64,000 bases of DNA from Microthyrium microscopicum (lineage: Eukaryota), in the NCBI GenBank assembly GCA_010405405.1, contig MU004239.1:930001-994000 (forward strand), given 5' to 3'. A program made the position numbers and the translations under genes. Below are positions 52,054 to 64,000 of the stretch, one piece after another (position 1 is the first letter of the stretch; each line of letters starts with the position of its first letter). Under the pieces are notes generated by a model, which saw only the letters and a list, made by a program, of their open reading frames with translations, was not told the DNA's origin and made no database searches.

Positions 52054-53988
52054 TCATCCAGATTTGACGTTGAAGCTGATTGGTACTACTCCATTGCTTC
52101 CATTGACTTTGGTGGTGGTGAAGCGCTTGCCGAGTGCGTCGACGGGCGGATATCGAGCGCGGAGTTCCAGTGTATCCAATGGGATGTTGGATCGGATATA
52201 TCTACCAAAGTCAGTAAGTGAGCACATGAGATGTTAAAGGCGAGGCGATTTGAGAAAAGTGTGGGGTGATGAAAGAATATCATGCGGACAAGGGGATGCA
52301 GAATTCTGCAGTATGCAATGTATCTGTGCATGCGTGGCAGATTCACAGGTTTTGTTCTGTGAAGAAAATGCAAAGCTGTGTGGGTAGGGGAGGTATTTTT
52401 ACCTTTGGCTGGAATCGTCACGCGCTTGGAAATCCCAAGGCTCCCACTTTCCGGTCGTGAGTGCTTCCCAGCAAATGCGGCGCTGGCGTTGGCTCTGAAG
52501 AACGTTTTGGTGGATATGTTGAAGATTCCAGCGCTGTGCGACTTCAGCGGCGAAATCAGCCGCTACAGTCGCATGGCTGGGCTCGTTGGCGAGATTGTGC
52601 AGTTCTTGGGGATCTGTGCCCAGATCAAAGAGTTGCGGTGGATCAAATAGGGCAGATGTGTATTTCCAGTTGCCACGCTTGATCATGATGACGGGCGAAA
52701 TTGAACCTTCGCCCATATACTCTCCCAGCACCTCGTCCGGAATGGCGTGGCCAAAGAGTGCTGGATACAGACTCTTCCCATCCAGTGGTAGGCGGGTGTC
52801 TACACGGCCACCGACCATTTCCACTAGGGTGGGAAGAAGATCCATAGTGGACACATTCTCGGGCACACGACGTGGGGCAAAGCGCTGGGGGAAGTTGATG
52901 ACCAGGGGCACGCGTGCAGAGTTTTCGAACCAGCTCATCTTGTACCAGAGGCCGCGTTCGCCCAGCATGTCGCCGTGATCGCTTGAGAAGATGACGATAG
53001 TATTGTCGTCGAGTTCGCAGTCCTTAAGAACGTTGAGGAGTTTGCCGACTTGGTCGTCTACGTATGAGCAGGCGCCGTAGTAGGCTCGTCGAGCTCGTCG
53101 TTTGGATTCCTCGGGCATTGGGTGGTCCCAGAGATCAATGGTGTGCATGAGTCGTTTGGAGTGAGGATCTTGGTCTTCTCTATCAATCTCGACCTTTGGA
53201 AGTGGAATGTCGACTCCTTCATATCGATCCCAATACGATCTTGAGATGGCGTATGGGTCGTGAGGATGGGTCATGGAAACTGTTAAGAAGAATGGCTTTC
53301 TTGAATTCTCCTCGGAGCGAACGTGGTCGTATAGATACTGTGTGCTTTTGAAGATTACTTCCTCATCATAGTCAAGTTGGTTGGTTCGAGCTGCAACACC
53401 TGCCTGGAGAACAGAAGACATGTTGTGGTACCATTCTGGACGCTCGTCAGGATTATCCCAGTTCACTGTCCAGCCAAAATCAGCTGGATAGATGTCCGGA
53501 GTAAGTCGATTTTCATAGCCATGGTGTTGTTCTTTTCCAATAAAGTGCATCTGCTAGAGTTAGCACTTTTTTCCTAAGAAGTACTGGGATCTTTGGGCTA
53601 CCTTTCCAGCAAGGGTTGTCTCATAACCCTCCTTCCTCAAGTAATGGGCAAAAGTGGGAATATCGGAATTCATTGGAGAAGCATTATCATAAGCTCCAAT
53701 CTTTGAAGGCAATTGACCCGCTAACATCACGAATCGACTAGGTGCACACAAGGGTGCATTACAATAAGCCCTATCAAAGACAACTCCGGTTTCAGCGAGT
53801 TTGTCAATGTTGGGCGTTTGTATTTTGCTTTCTGGGTCATGCATTTTCAAGAAAGGGGCGCTCAATTGATCAGCGATAACGAACAAGATGTTCGGCTGCT
53901 TCTGGGGACCGCCATTTGGCAGTACAACCTCTGGTGGAGAAAAGAAATGGCCATTCTCTTCGTGCGGGCTTTGCGCGTGAGGGGCCAT
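52054..53988 (-). CDS. Choline sulfatase (BetC-like, formylglycine-dependent sulfatase)
   Basis: PNILFVIADQL, CAPSR motif, GKMHFIG, RLTPDIYPADFGWTVNWD, SDHGDMLGERGLWYKMSWFENSARVP and C-terminal YIRSNIPLDTLELRARYP. Two introns. Confidence 0.92.
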
Positions 53989-56181
53989 TTCGAAATTTCC
54001 TTGTGGTTCTAAGGTATGTAGAATGGACCTGTAGCTGAAGATATAGCAAGAGGCAGTAGGTCGCAAGCAAGCAAGGGAATATATAGGTTTGTCTGTTGGC
54101 AAGAAGCAGTGACTATTGGTGTTTGGTTGTCGACGTTGGTGAAAACGAGCAGTATGCTGAAACTTGATATGCTGGAAAAGGTGACAATTAGTACCAGAGT
54201 AGCAGTAGAATCTGGGGCATGCGACGGCATATATAAACAACCGAAATCGGGTGGACAGCTCGCAAGTGGCTAAAAAGCAGAACTAGCGCAGTTATGAGGC
54301 AAGGTATACCATAAAAAGCCCAGTTGCAATTGGTTGATTGATCAATTTGGGTCTAGACGGATCTGTTTGGAGTGCAGCGGTGCTGGGGAGAGTCAAAGTG
54401 TTGTAAAATGTCGCGTGCTCAAAATCCTCGTCCCTAAGTTTCCGTCAATTAAACTGGTCGATGATTTCGTGCTTCCCCCACCATTTCACTGTGCTCGCAC
54501 GCCACCAAGACGCAATTTCGATGGCGAGCTATGTGGAGTTAGCTTGACGTCGTGATCCCTCTTCCTCGACCGGTTAAAGTCCACACATGGCCGCATGTGG
54601 TTCCTGGATTGTGCATCCCTTACTCAATATAGATCTGTGGGTCTTTGGTCTGGGGTGGTGAGATCACATAGTTGTCATCTTTCATCATTTGCGCCAGAAC
54701 TGATGTGCTCTGTTTCGGAAAAGTCAGGAAGTCTGATTGATGGGCCATGCGACAGGCTGACAGAAAGCGGTCAGCGTGTGGGCGCCATCAAAGCGGTCCC
54801 AGCACAACCCAATCCGATAGGCACCACGCACCATCGTGGCCAGCTTGACGCACTGCACCCAGTGCACAGCAGTCAATGGCAATGTGACATGGCTAGCTGG
54901 TGAAGTAGATAAGAAATCATATCTTCTTTGATTTGTGATTTGCGACGAGACCCTTCGAGTCTGGATGCAGGCGCGGCAGGCTCTCGGATTTCTTGTGGAA
55001 GGCACTACGGAGTCTCTCCGAGGATCCGATAACTGTCTTCATGCACCTCTGATTGCCCAGTTCCACCACTTCTTCACATTGAAATGCTTATCGCAACTTT
55101 ACTCTTGAACATGCAGTAATAATCTTCTGCCGTTTGAACGGCTCAGACCCTGCACCGCAAAAGTCTCGACCACAGCAAACAGAGTCTCCCTTGTCACTGC
55201 TCTGCTTATCGGACGACTGATTACCACTGCTGAAAAATCCCCTTGTGCCTATGAGATAAGTCCAGCTATTACAACACTTATTCAAATATCACTATAACTG
55301 TATTTCCAAGCGCGAGGTCAAAACAAGCTCAGATAACGCCATATCATGGGCGAATTGCTCGCCCGATGAGCCTCCAAAGTAGCAATTATTCAACAAATAG
55401 CAACTAGATCTTTCCCAGCCTTGCAGATTCCCCAGATTTACAGATCACCAATTGGTTCTTTTTGGCTTCCCTGAATCTTGGGTTCCACACTTGCCAGTTG
55501 AGCCTCAACAGGGATTCTACTGCAATCTATGGTGGGCAAAACCTGAACGAGAATTAAAAAGTTTCCTGCGGTATCCTATGCATCAAAATGCAATGCCAAT
55601 AGGTTTTCTCAGAACATGTACGATAAGTTTTCTAAATTGGGAATCCAAGTTTTCAAGAGTGCGACAATCAAGATGGGAGTGATGGAAGCTTGCTATCTAC
55701 TCGGTCGGCCTCCTAGAGTGATGTATTGATGGCAGCGTTTTGCGCAGCAATATCAATACTTCTGTGCGATTTTACTTGTTCTTGCAAGCCAACAACATAT
55801 CCCATATCCGTGTGAATAGACATTGCGAAGCCCATGCAGAGATCTTCAGGGGTTTGACCAGTATTTTGTCCACAAAGTTAAGCAATATCAACTTCGATAT
55901 TAACCATCAATTCCAGACATACGCCAACCAACGAACGAAAGTGCCTTGTACAAAAACCTTCACAAACCACAGTATCCATGCCTTATCATTCGCTATTACT
56001 TACCAGGATCGCTCTATCAGAACAATCTGCTTGTATTATTTTAGATATGCCAATCTTAACTACAACCGAACTACCAGAAACTGTTCTCAACACCACGAGC
56101 TCTCTCACAATGCTTCAACCAATTCAACCACCACATCATACCCAACTCTCCTATTCATAGTCACTAATTCTCGATATCATC

Positions 56182-57567
56182 ATGAAACCCCTTCTCCCCA
56201 TCCTCCTCGCCATCCCGGCCTTCGCTACTCCCCACCCCCAAGTAACCATCCGTACCCTCGAAGTTCCACTCGATGGACCGAATATCGTCATTGGCCCTCA
56301 TCCACCATTCAAGCCCATGCCCGTCTCCACCCCACGCACCAAAACCTGCGAAGTCGCACCAGGAGCAGACGACGCCAGCGCCATCCTCTCCGCCGTCAAG
56401 TCCTGCAACAACGGCGGCCGTGTAGTGTTGGCGCGCGGAGCGAAATACACAATCTCAAAACCCATGGACCTGCGCGATCTGCAACATATTGATATAGTGC
56501 TACAAGGCACGTTGACGTTCAGCAGCGATACGAGCTACTGGCAAAAGAACGCGTTTAAATTCAAGTTCCAGAATGCTGCGTGCTACTTCCAGCTGGGTGG
56601 GACGGATGTGAATGTGTATGGGGGAGGCACGATTGATGGGAATGGGGGTGTGTGGGGCGCGGTGTTTGCGGCGAATAAGGATGCGGTTAGGCCGATTCCG
56701 GTGTGTGTGGTTGAGATGAATGGGGGGAGTATTTCGGATATTAAGATGAGGAATAGTGCGCAGTGGTTTAATTTGGTGGTGGATAGTAAGAATGTGGTGT
56801 ATAGTGGGATTAGTATTGACGGGCATGCGAAGAATACTGACGGTTGGGATACGGTAAGTTTTGAGAGATTGTGGATAGGGCGGAAAAGCTAATCTGACGC
56901 ATAGCTGAGGAGTGATAATATCGTGATCCAGAATTCGAATATCAATAATGGAGACGACTGTGTGAGCTTCAAGCCGGGGTCGACGAATATTGTGGTACAG
57001 AATCTGAACTGTAAAGGAAGCCATGGAATTAGTGTTGGATCGCTTGGACAGTACAGGGGCCAGGTTGACATTGTCGAGGATATATATGTCGGCAATGTGA
57101 CAATGTCCAACGCGTCTGTAAGTGCAACATGTGCTCATGCTTTGGACAAATACTAATGGTAGCAGAGCGGCGCTCGCATCAAGGTGTGGCCAAACGTCCA
57201 ATCGACAATGGGCGAGCTGTCCGGTGGAGGCGGTACTGGCCGAGTGAGAAACATTGTCTTTGAAAAGATGCACGTTACCAATGTGGAATGGGCAGTGTTG
57301 ATAACCCAATGCTACGCCCAGAAGGATCTGAACAAGTGCAGATCGAACCCGACGTCGCTGGCCATATCAAATGTCGTTATCAAGGACTTTACAGGCACAA
57401 CGTCAGGTAAACACGGTTCGCAAGTCGGTTCGCTGATTTGTGGAAGTCCTTCCGTCTGCACGAATATCTCAGTGTCGAATATCAACGTGAAGGCACCAGG
57501 TGGCGGTAGCTCGTTTGAGTGTAAGAACATCCCCACCGCGGGTCTCAAGATTCCATGTAGTAAATAG
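56182..57567 (+). CDS. GH28 exo-polygalacturonase-like secreted enzyme
   Basis: Signal peptide. All four GH28 motifs are present: NTDG, GDD, GSHG and RIK. Two introns (~56854-56903, ~57118-57165). Confidence 0.93.
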
Positions 57568-57691
57568 GCTTTGAGTTGATAATAACAGAATATGTATTGC
57601 TGGTTATGCCCTCTAACAAGTGGAGATGTCGTGAATGTCATTGCTATTTGGGTATCTTGAGAAAATGAAACGGACGAATATCGATGCCAGG

Positions 57692-58438
57692 CTACTGCAT
57701 TTCGATTGGTATCATTGCAGCCGCTACTTCATGTACGCCTCTCTCTGTCGCCAGAAGATTGTATTGCGCTGCCGCATTCCGAGTATCCAGGACTTCCAAT
57801 CGAATGCCCATGTTATTGATAATCTTTCTCGTTTCGGGCGATATAGCACGAATGGACTTTCCTGTTCCTATCACAAGTAGATCTGCATATGTCAGAATTG
57901 AACGATCGCGGAGACAAGCTTAAATCTTACCAGGCTTTGGCCATATCACATCCAAGATACCCCAAACTTCTGGACCAAAGTGTACTGTGCCATTGAGCCG
58001 TAAAAGTCCCTTCATTGTATCCTGCTTAGTGTCCGTTTTACCGTTCCATGGACTCCAGCGAAAGACCTCTCCAGCCACCAGCATTATCCCAGACTTCAAT
58101 ATGTTCACGCCGTTTGCTAGCACGAACCCATCTTCGCGACACGATTCGATTGCGGAGGCTGGTGGAGGGACATTTCCGAGTACGTTCATTTCATTGAAGT
58201 CTGTTTGTGTGGTCTCGTCAGACACTGGTCGTTCTTCTCGAGGTTTCGAAGCGATTGGAGGTTTGACGAGTCTTCTAGCACTGTCTTGAAATAGGCGACG
58301 TGAGGGTAGACGATGTAAGAGTGGAGGACTTCTCTGTACAAAAGATTGACATGATAATGGACGCGCGAGTGGAGGTATTACAAGCTGTGAACGAATTGAA
58401 GAAATCAATCGATTAGTGCAGCTCGAGCAAAACGACAT
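57692..58438 (-). CDS. NDUFAF3: NDUFAF3/Mth938-domain complex I assembly factor
   Basis: Arg/Ser-rich mitochondrial-type presequence, DFNEMNVLGNVPPPASAIE, WPKP-DLLVIGTG and LDTRNAAAQYNLLATERG. One intron. Confidence 0.9.
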
Positions 58439-58492
58439 GACCGCTTTGGTAGAGGAATGTTTTGTGTTGGGTACTACAAATCGAATTTGCAC

Positions 58493-58511
58493 TCATCATC
58501 ATCATCATCAT
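58493..58511. repeat. (TCA)6 microsatellite between divergent genes
   Basis: TCATCATCATCATCATCAT read directly. Confidence 0.8.
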
Positions 58512-58696
58512 TGAGGTTTAAAGCTTTGGGAAAGAAAGATCATGGACTTGTGATAAGCGCGCGCTTATTTACCTTACCACCTTCTTTCTCTCTGCAACAG
58601 TGCAACTTAATATCTATCTACCTTCTACAGTTCACAATCCTCTTTTGCTAATTATCTTCGCTTCAAGTTTGCTGAAGCTTGGTTCCCTCCACAAAT

Positions 58697-59524
58697 ATGC
58701 CAGATATGGCGCGTCCTGTGCCGGACAGCAATTCCACCACCTTACCTTTCTTATCGCTTCCTGCAGAACTCCGCTTGATGATATATGAGCACCTAGTTCC
58801 AGACATCAAGGGCGATATCCGACCAGAACTCTATGACAAGAGACGCTCAAACTTCCCATTGCGGGACGATGGTACCAAATGCGCTCCACAAATTCTTCGT
58901 GTAAACAGACAAGTATACGATGAGATCAAGTCCATGTGGTACGGCGGGCTTACATTCGTGATCAAAATTGCATGTCGACTACTCTTCGGCGAAACCACAG
59001 CTATCCATGTCTATGCGCTCGGTAAATGGAGCCTCGCGTCGCTTCATTCAAAATGGCAAGTTCCAATCCTGCGTGCCATGCGCAGCATTCAGTTCAACAT
59101 AGAACTCGATGTGACGGTATGGAAAGAAACAAGCCAAGATGTACTTTCAGTACTTTCCGCATTCGTTGACTACCTTACTGGCGCTGAGTATTGTTTGCAA
59201 CGTATTCGGTTGGTCTTTAGTATTAGACGTCAAGCGACTCGTTTTTTCACTCACGTGGAAACTGAGGCGCGTTGCATGGAACGCGTCAAAGATCTCTTTG
59301 AGCCGTTGCGCAAACTACAAGGTGTGAAAATTGACTCCTGGCGGTTCGAGACAGTTGGCTATCGTTCGGATTCGGGGCAGGTTTGGTACGTAGCTCCTGC
59401 TGCAATCATCCAATATTTTGCAGTTGGACAGGCCTTTTATCGTACAATGGGGCCTCTTTTGGCCAGTATTAACGAAGGAAATGGTGCAGAGAATGCAGTG
59501 CTCTATTCGGGCTTGAACTCCTGA
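58697..59524 (+). CDS. Hypothetical protein with F-box-like N-terminal motif
   Basis: PFLSLPAELRLMIYEHL followed by PQILRVNRQVYDE. Intronless ORF. Confidence 0.75.
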   Translation: MPDMARPVPDSNSTTLPFLSLPAELRLMIYEHLVPDIKGDIRPELYDKRRSNFPLRDDGTKCAPQILRVNRQVYDEIKSMWYGGLTFVIKIACRLLFGETTAIHVYALGKWSLASLHSKWQVPILRAMRSIQFNIELDVTVWKETSQDVLSVLSAFVDYLTGAEYCLQRIRLVFSIRRQATRFFTHVETEARCMERVKDLFEPLRKLQGVKIDSWRFETVGYRSDSGQVWYVAPAAIIQYFAVGQAFYRTMGPLLASINEGNGAENAVLYSGLNS

Positions 59525-60497
59525 ACGCAAAACCTGGAGCTGGTGCGGCCTGTTCCTTTTCTCCTCGATCACCTGGACATCGACAATTTGCTTGAACTGT
59601 TATTGAGATTCATGGCAGCTGCGTTGCCACAGGTGTTTGTTCGGGCTTCGGGCGTTAGAGCGACGTTGAGTAGCAGGATACAGTTTAGGCTGGTTCACTG
59701 TTGTCCGGACTATCAGTCCGAAGCTCATTCGATCTCGAGTCATCTAAGTCGTCAAGGATTCACTCCTGATTACGAATGAAATGAATTAAACTCTTTCATA
59801 CACCTATCATGCACATTCAATGATTACTGTAGTCCTATATTAATGACGGTGTTGGCCAACTGCCTCGACAAGACTGCAGCGACTGTCTAATGTGATGCTT
59901 CGATATACGCGGAATTATATATCTGATTTCCAATATACGCGCGAACAAGCAACAGGATTTGACGATCGAGACAATGAACCTTTGAATTTGTTTTGCTTGA
60001 CTGGCTGTAATATCAGTAAGCCCATTTGCAATCAATGTAACATGCACCATTGAGAAGGTCTTCCAAACCATGTGCTTATGACAAGCCAGTCCGAATTTGT
60101 TATGATCCAAACCCGAGATCGAACGAGGTATCACAGACGGGCAATCGAACGAAGCGAAGTTGGCTATAATGTTCAGACCAGTGCTGTAACTGACATGAGT
60201 GTGACATTTAGCTCTGCGAATAGCTGGCTTTGTCATCGATGTTGGATAGCAGCCCGCGATGGCTTCAATGTGAACTGTTCAAGCTTACTTTCTCTTCTTA
60301 TACATTGGCCTGAGTAGCTGGCCAACTAGAAATATGAAAGTCTCAAAATAGCGAATGGCTGAGAGATATAGACTCCGTTTGGAATCAGTGCCAGAGATGT
60401 AATAATAGGATGAGGTAGCTATCATGAAATACCACATCTCATATTCAATCACTAGTAAAGATATACCTGTACATGGTTGCATGACATTGGAGGTATA

Positions 60498-60643
60498 CCG
60501 TTTTCTTCCGTCAAGTTCGAACGTGTTAGCGCGGTTTTTTAGGCGAGGTTTGTCCGTAAGTAATAGCGAGTCACTACCTAACTTTAAAGCGCCACTAGCA
60601 AAAAAAGCGCGCTAATACGTTCAAACTTGATGGAAGAAAACGG
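60498..60643. mobile_element. MITE copy 2 (146 bp, TIRs, flanked by TA)
   Basis: TA-CCGTTTTCTTCCGTCAAGTTCGAACGTGTTAGCGCG...GAAAACGG-TA. Confidence 0.88.
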
Positions 60644-61406
60644 TAAGGCAAGATATACGAACGAGGCTCATCACTCCAAATATTGAAAGACTGAACAAGG
60701 ATATCTCAACTTCACTACGTATAGTAAGGCAGTGCAAGTCAACCCAAAGTAACCTGACAAGGACCATATGAACGCCTGGTCCCAGTTCGATGCTCAATCC
60801 AATTTATCGACAAGCGATGTACATCTAAACAGGGAGCCTGAACAACCACCAACACTGCAGATGAAATGAAGACGTTCCCCAGGGTATCGTAGTTTCGTTT
60901 CACGCCCTGTCCGTCAGCAACTGCTCATTGGCAAATGACGGTGCTTATGGAGATGACTCCGACACCACAGAGCACTCATCCTAGAACCCTTGGAATTTTA
61001 CTTGGCATTGAGATGATTATCAGCTGGGAAAAGCTGGTTTTTCTGGAGATTAAAAGACATTGAATTTGCTTAGTTGTGGACGATCTCCAAGGTTTGCCAA
61101 TGATGGGAATGTTTCAAATGTTTACGCCGCATCAACGCTGGCTTATGGAGTAAAATTTAAAGGCTTACAGACATTGGGCAAGTCTAGAGTTCTTGGAGGT
61201 CTCAGCCTGCGGGCAAAATTTGATGGTGGGATAAAATTGTTTTTGTGCAATGAATTGAGAGTTTTCATGTGCTTGTGTTGATTTCGAGGCAGAGATGATG
61301 CGAATGCATTTTTAAGAAAATCAAAAGACTTGTTCATGCAAATATGGCAGTCATCTTTGATGCGAAATGTGGTTTCAATTGACGATGAGGCTCTGAGATC
61401 TCATTA

Positions 61407-61552
61407 CCGTTTTCTTCCGTCAAGTTCGAACGTGTTAGCGCGGTTTTTTAGGCGAGGTTTGTCCGTAAGCAATAGTAAGTCACTACCTAACTTTAAAGCG
61501 CCACTAGCAAAAAAAGCGCGCTAACACGTTCGAACTTGATGGAAGAAAACGG
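61407..61552. mobile_element. MITE copy 3 (146 bp, TIRs, flanked by TA)
   Basis: Same orientation as copy 2 and differs from it by 5 transitions. Flanks are unrelated, each bounded by TA. Confidence 0.88.
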
Positions 61553-63505
61553 TAATGGCGTTCACAAAAGGAGCTGCAGTGGTACAGTGCTGTAGTAAAA
61601 AGGAAACCTTACAGACTCGCAGTTGAGCCGCCTATCCAAGAAGAGTCAGTTGGGAGGACAAAAGCATTGTACAATTGCGACACAAATCTGGCCCACTCCG
61701 TTCTTGTACGCTGCCAAATCTGCTGTCAATGGCGCTTCGGGAAATGAAGCCGAGAAATTGTCAAACAATGCACAAAGCCGACAAAAATTGGCAGTGATAC
61801 AAAGCTGAATTGAGCTGAAATTTGGACATACGGCTGATAAGTATCACATCAATTTATGAAGGAGCTGCGGTCAACATGCAAGTTCGGAGAGAGCCGCGGC
61901 GGAGATTTAGCGGTGCTTTTACGAGTTTTGATGGAATCATGGAAAAGGCAAGTGGGTTTGTGCGAAGCGCGCTTTGTCAAGTCCAGCTCTGGTGGTGGAA
62001 ATTGGCGGCTTCAAAGGATTACGTATTAATCAATAGACTAAAGAAGCTTGTGCTGTTCGGATGGTCAGAATGGTATTGTTTTTATGAGGCTACAAATACA
62101 ATGTTGAAGTTAAATCAAATGTTCTAGAATGATCAAATGTATGACATGCTAAAGCATGGATATGATCAACGTGAATGATCTTCGAAACTGGAGAAACAAC
62201 GTTCAAATATTGTCACGCTGTGGCAGCGTGGCAGCGTGAGATGTTTCTATTTTGGATCCGCAGTCCCAAAATGGATAGAACACCACGATGTGACCGTTGC
62301 ACCAGGTTCAATTGAGCCTAAATTGTTAGTTACACCAAGCCAAGGGAGTATGACACTGCCACAGTTGTCCAGTAAACAGTAAGAGAAGTATTATTGAGTT
62401 GCAATTTGCCTGAGGCTGTAAATCAAAATAGAACAACCAGATCATGGTTCGCAACTATCGAGAGAAATGAGTGTTGAAGTTGCGCTCCTGAAATCGCAAT
62501 TTCCTCATCGTGAAGACGCGGGTAGGAGAGATTTGGGGAGCCAATTGGACAAGCTGCACGTGTATTGTAGGGATGATCATTGGCCAGGTACCAGATGCTA
62601 GAGAAGGTGGAACAGGAAAAAGCTGACAGCACAGAACAGGACTGTAAGGAGAAGACCGTGAGTCCGTACCACAAGCGCTTGAGGCCGAGAATTGGCAAAT
62701 GAGCATAAGCCCCCACGACGGCTGAGTATTTTATAGCAGCATTAGGAACATGTGGTTATTTACATTCCAGAAAGGCCTTAGCAATGTGCTGCAGTTGTCG
62801 AGGGTAGCACCAGCAAGGCCCATCAGAATCTGAAGGCAAGAAGGGTAATGTTCCTGAATTGCTGGGCGCTGCTTAAGCCAGGGTTACGGAGAAGACTCCC
62901 ATTCGACAAATGCACACAGGCCTTGTGACCCCTGGGCCTATCAAGGGCATGAATGACAGGTCTGGCTGTGGATCTGGAGATTTCTTCACCCTCTCTCTCT
63001 TGTCTTGGTGGGTAATGCTTGTTGTGACAACTTGTCAGCGGTTTGACTGGCCTTCAAATGACTGACCGCTAGCCGGGTGCAATTGTGGTCTTGGTCAAGC
63101 CTTGCGTGCCTTGGTCAAATGGCAGGAGCGACCTAGACATAGCGAGGCTAGCTCCTTCCTCAGCCGTCGCTGCTAACATCACAACTGGCCAAGCGTGGAT
63201 CGCTCCTGCCGGTGTTAGTGTTCCCCCTGACCGTTCCTGCTTCTTGAGGCTGCGCCTAAAATAATATACTCTTGCCATCGCCAGGGCAGCGAGCTCAGCC
63301 TTCTCTTCTTCACACTTCCAACCTCTCCTTTGCGCTCCACTCTTCAATCTTCAATCTTCAGCTCGACTATTTCTTTCGCTTTCCAACTGCCAGTCACTCT
63401 TTTATAACAGCTCAGCTACAGTCTCTCGTTAACTTTTCGCTTCATCCCCTCCCATCACCTTCAATCTCACCTAGATTTCACTTGAGAATCAATTAATACG
63501 CAAAA

Positions 63506-64000
63506 ATGGTTGGAAAATCTGTTCTCGCTGTCGCCGCTGGCGCTACAGCCGTTGCTGCTTCCTGCGCTGCTCCAGTAAGTTCTACGCGAAAGTGTCAACA
63601 AGAGCAGTATAGCTAACATATCAACAGTCTACCCAGCTCGCTGGTAACTCCATCTTCCAGCCATCTGGATCAAGCACCCCTACTATCGGTGCTCCATACA
63701 CCATCAGCTACGATGGAACTGGTCTCTCAAACTCCTTGACCTTCTACCTCCTCAAGGGACCATCCACCAACATCATCAACATTGGAACTCTTGCCGCTGG
63801 TGTTGCCAACTGCGGAACTGCTAGCTGCACATTCCAATGGACTCCAAGCTGTGACCTCGAGGCTACCACCACCAACATGGGATACGGTATTCAAATGGTT
63901 GATGATGCTACTTGCATGTATCAATACACCACTCAATTCGGTCTCAACGCTGGAAACTGCGCCGTGTCGAGCTCTGTTGCACCACCAGCTTCATCTTCCG
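63506..64000 (+). CDS. Secreted Ser/Thr-rich cell-wall protein with Kre9/Knh-like N-terminal domain (3' end outside the window)
   Basis: Missed by the ORF track. MVGKSVLAVAAGATAVAA, intron ~63575-63627, then PYTISY...LTFYLLKGPSTN...FQWTPSCDLE...YGIQMVDDATCMYQYTTQFGL. Confidence 0.85.

Noticed and set aside
53989..54240. 84-codon in-frame extension upstream of the sulfatase ATG
   Set aside because: It starts at TTG, overlaps a TATA-like element and reads like 5' UTR. ATG 53988 gives a normal sulfatase N-terminus.
55740..57309. 250-aa (+) and 269-aa (-) ORFs overlapping the GH28 gene
   Set aside because: Alternative-frame ORFs favoured by the local base skew. The GH28 frame holds all the catalytic motifs.

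Overview
Gene-dense, intron-containing genomic DNA of a filamentous ascomycete (GT-AG introns with CTRAY branch points, fungal-specific gene families; the class cannot be fixed from sequence alone). About 23 protein-coding genes are supported: a DUF3425 protein (partial), an RRM+YTH protein, a GRAM-like membrane protein, several secreted or cell-wall proteins, a class II aldolase, a GH16 Crh/Utr2 transglycosylase, a long CCHC zinc-knuckle protein, cactin, a forkhead TF, a secreted PHM-like copper-motif protein, a Zn2Cys6 TF, a UDP-glycosyltransferase, choline sulfatase, a GH28 exo-polygalacturonase, NDUFAF3 and an F-box-like protein. I found no rRNA, tRNA or CRISPR. Four observations stand out. 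(1) A single in-frame TAG lies at an apparent Trp position in an otherwise intact gene, a candidate for A-to-I stop correction, readthrough or a recent nonsense allele. (2) The forkhead intron ends in CGG rather than CAG. (3) Three copies of a ~146-bp TA-flanked MITE have inverted repeats that co-vary between subfamilies. (4) Two secreted-protein genes switch abruptly from C-rich to G/T-rich sequence, one with a G-quadruplex-rich intron. Family assignments come from motif recognition, not database searches.
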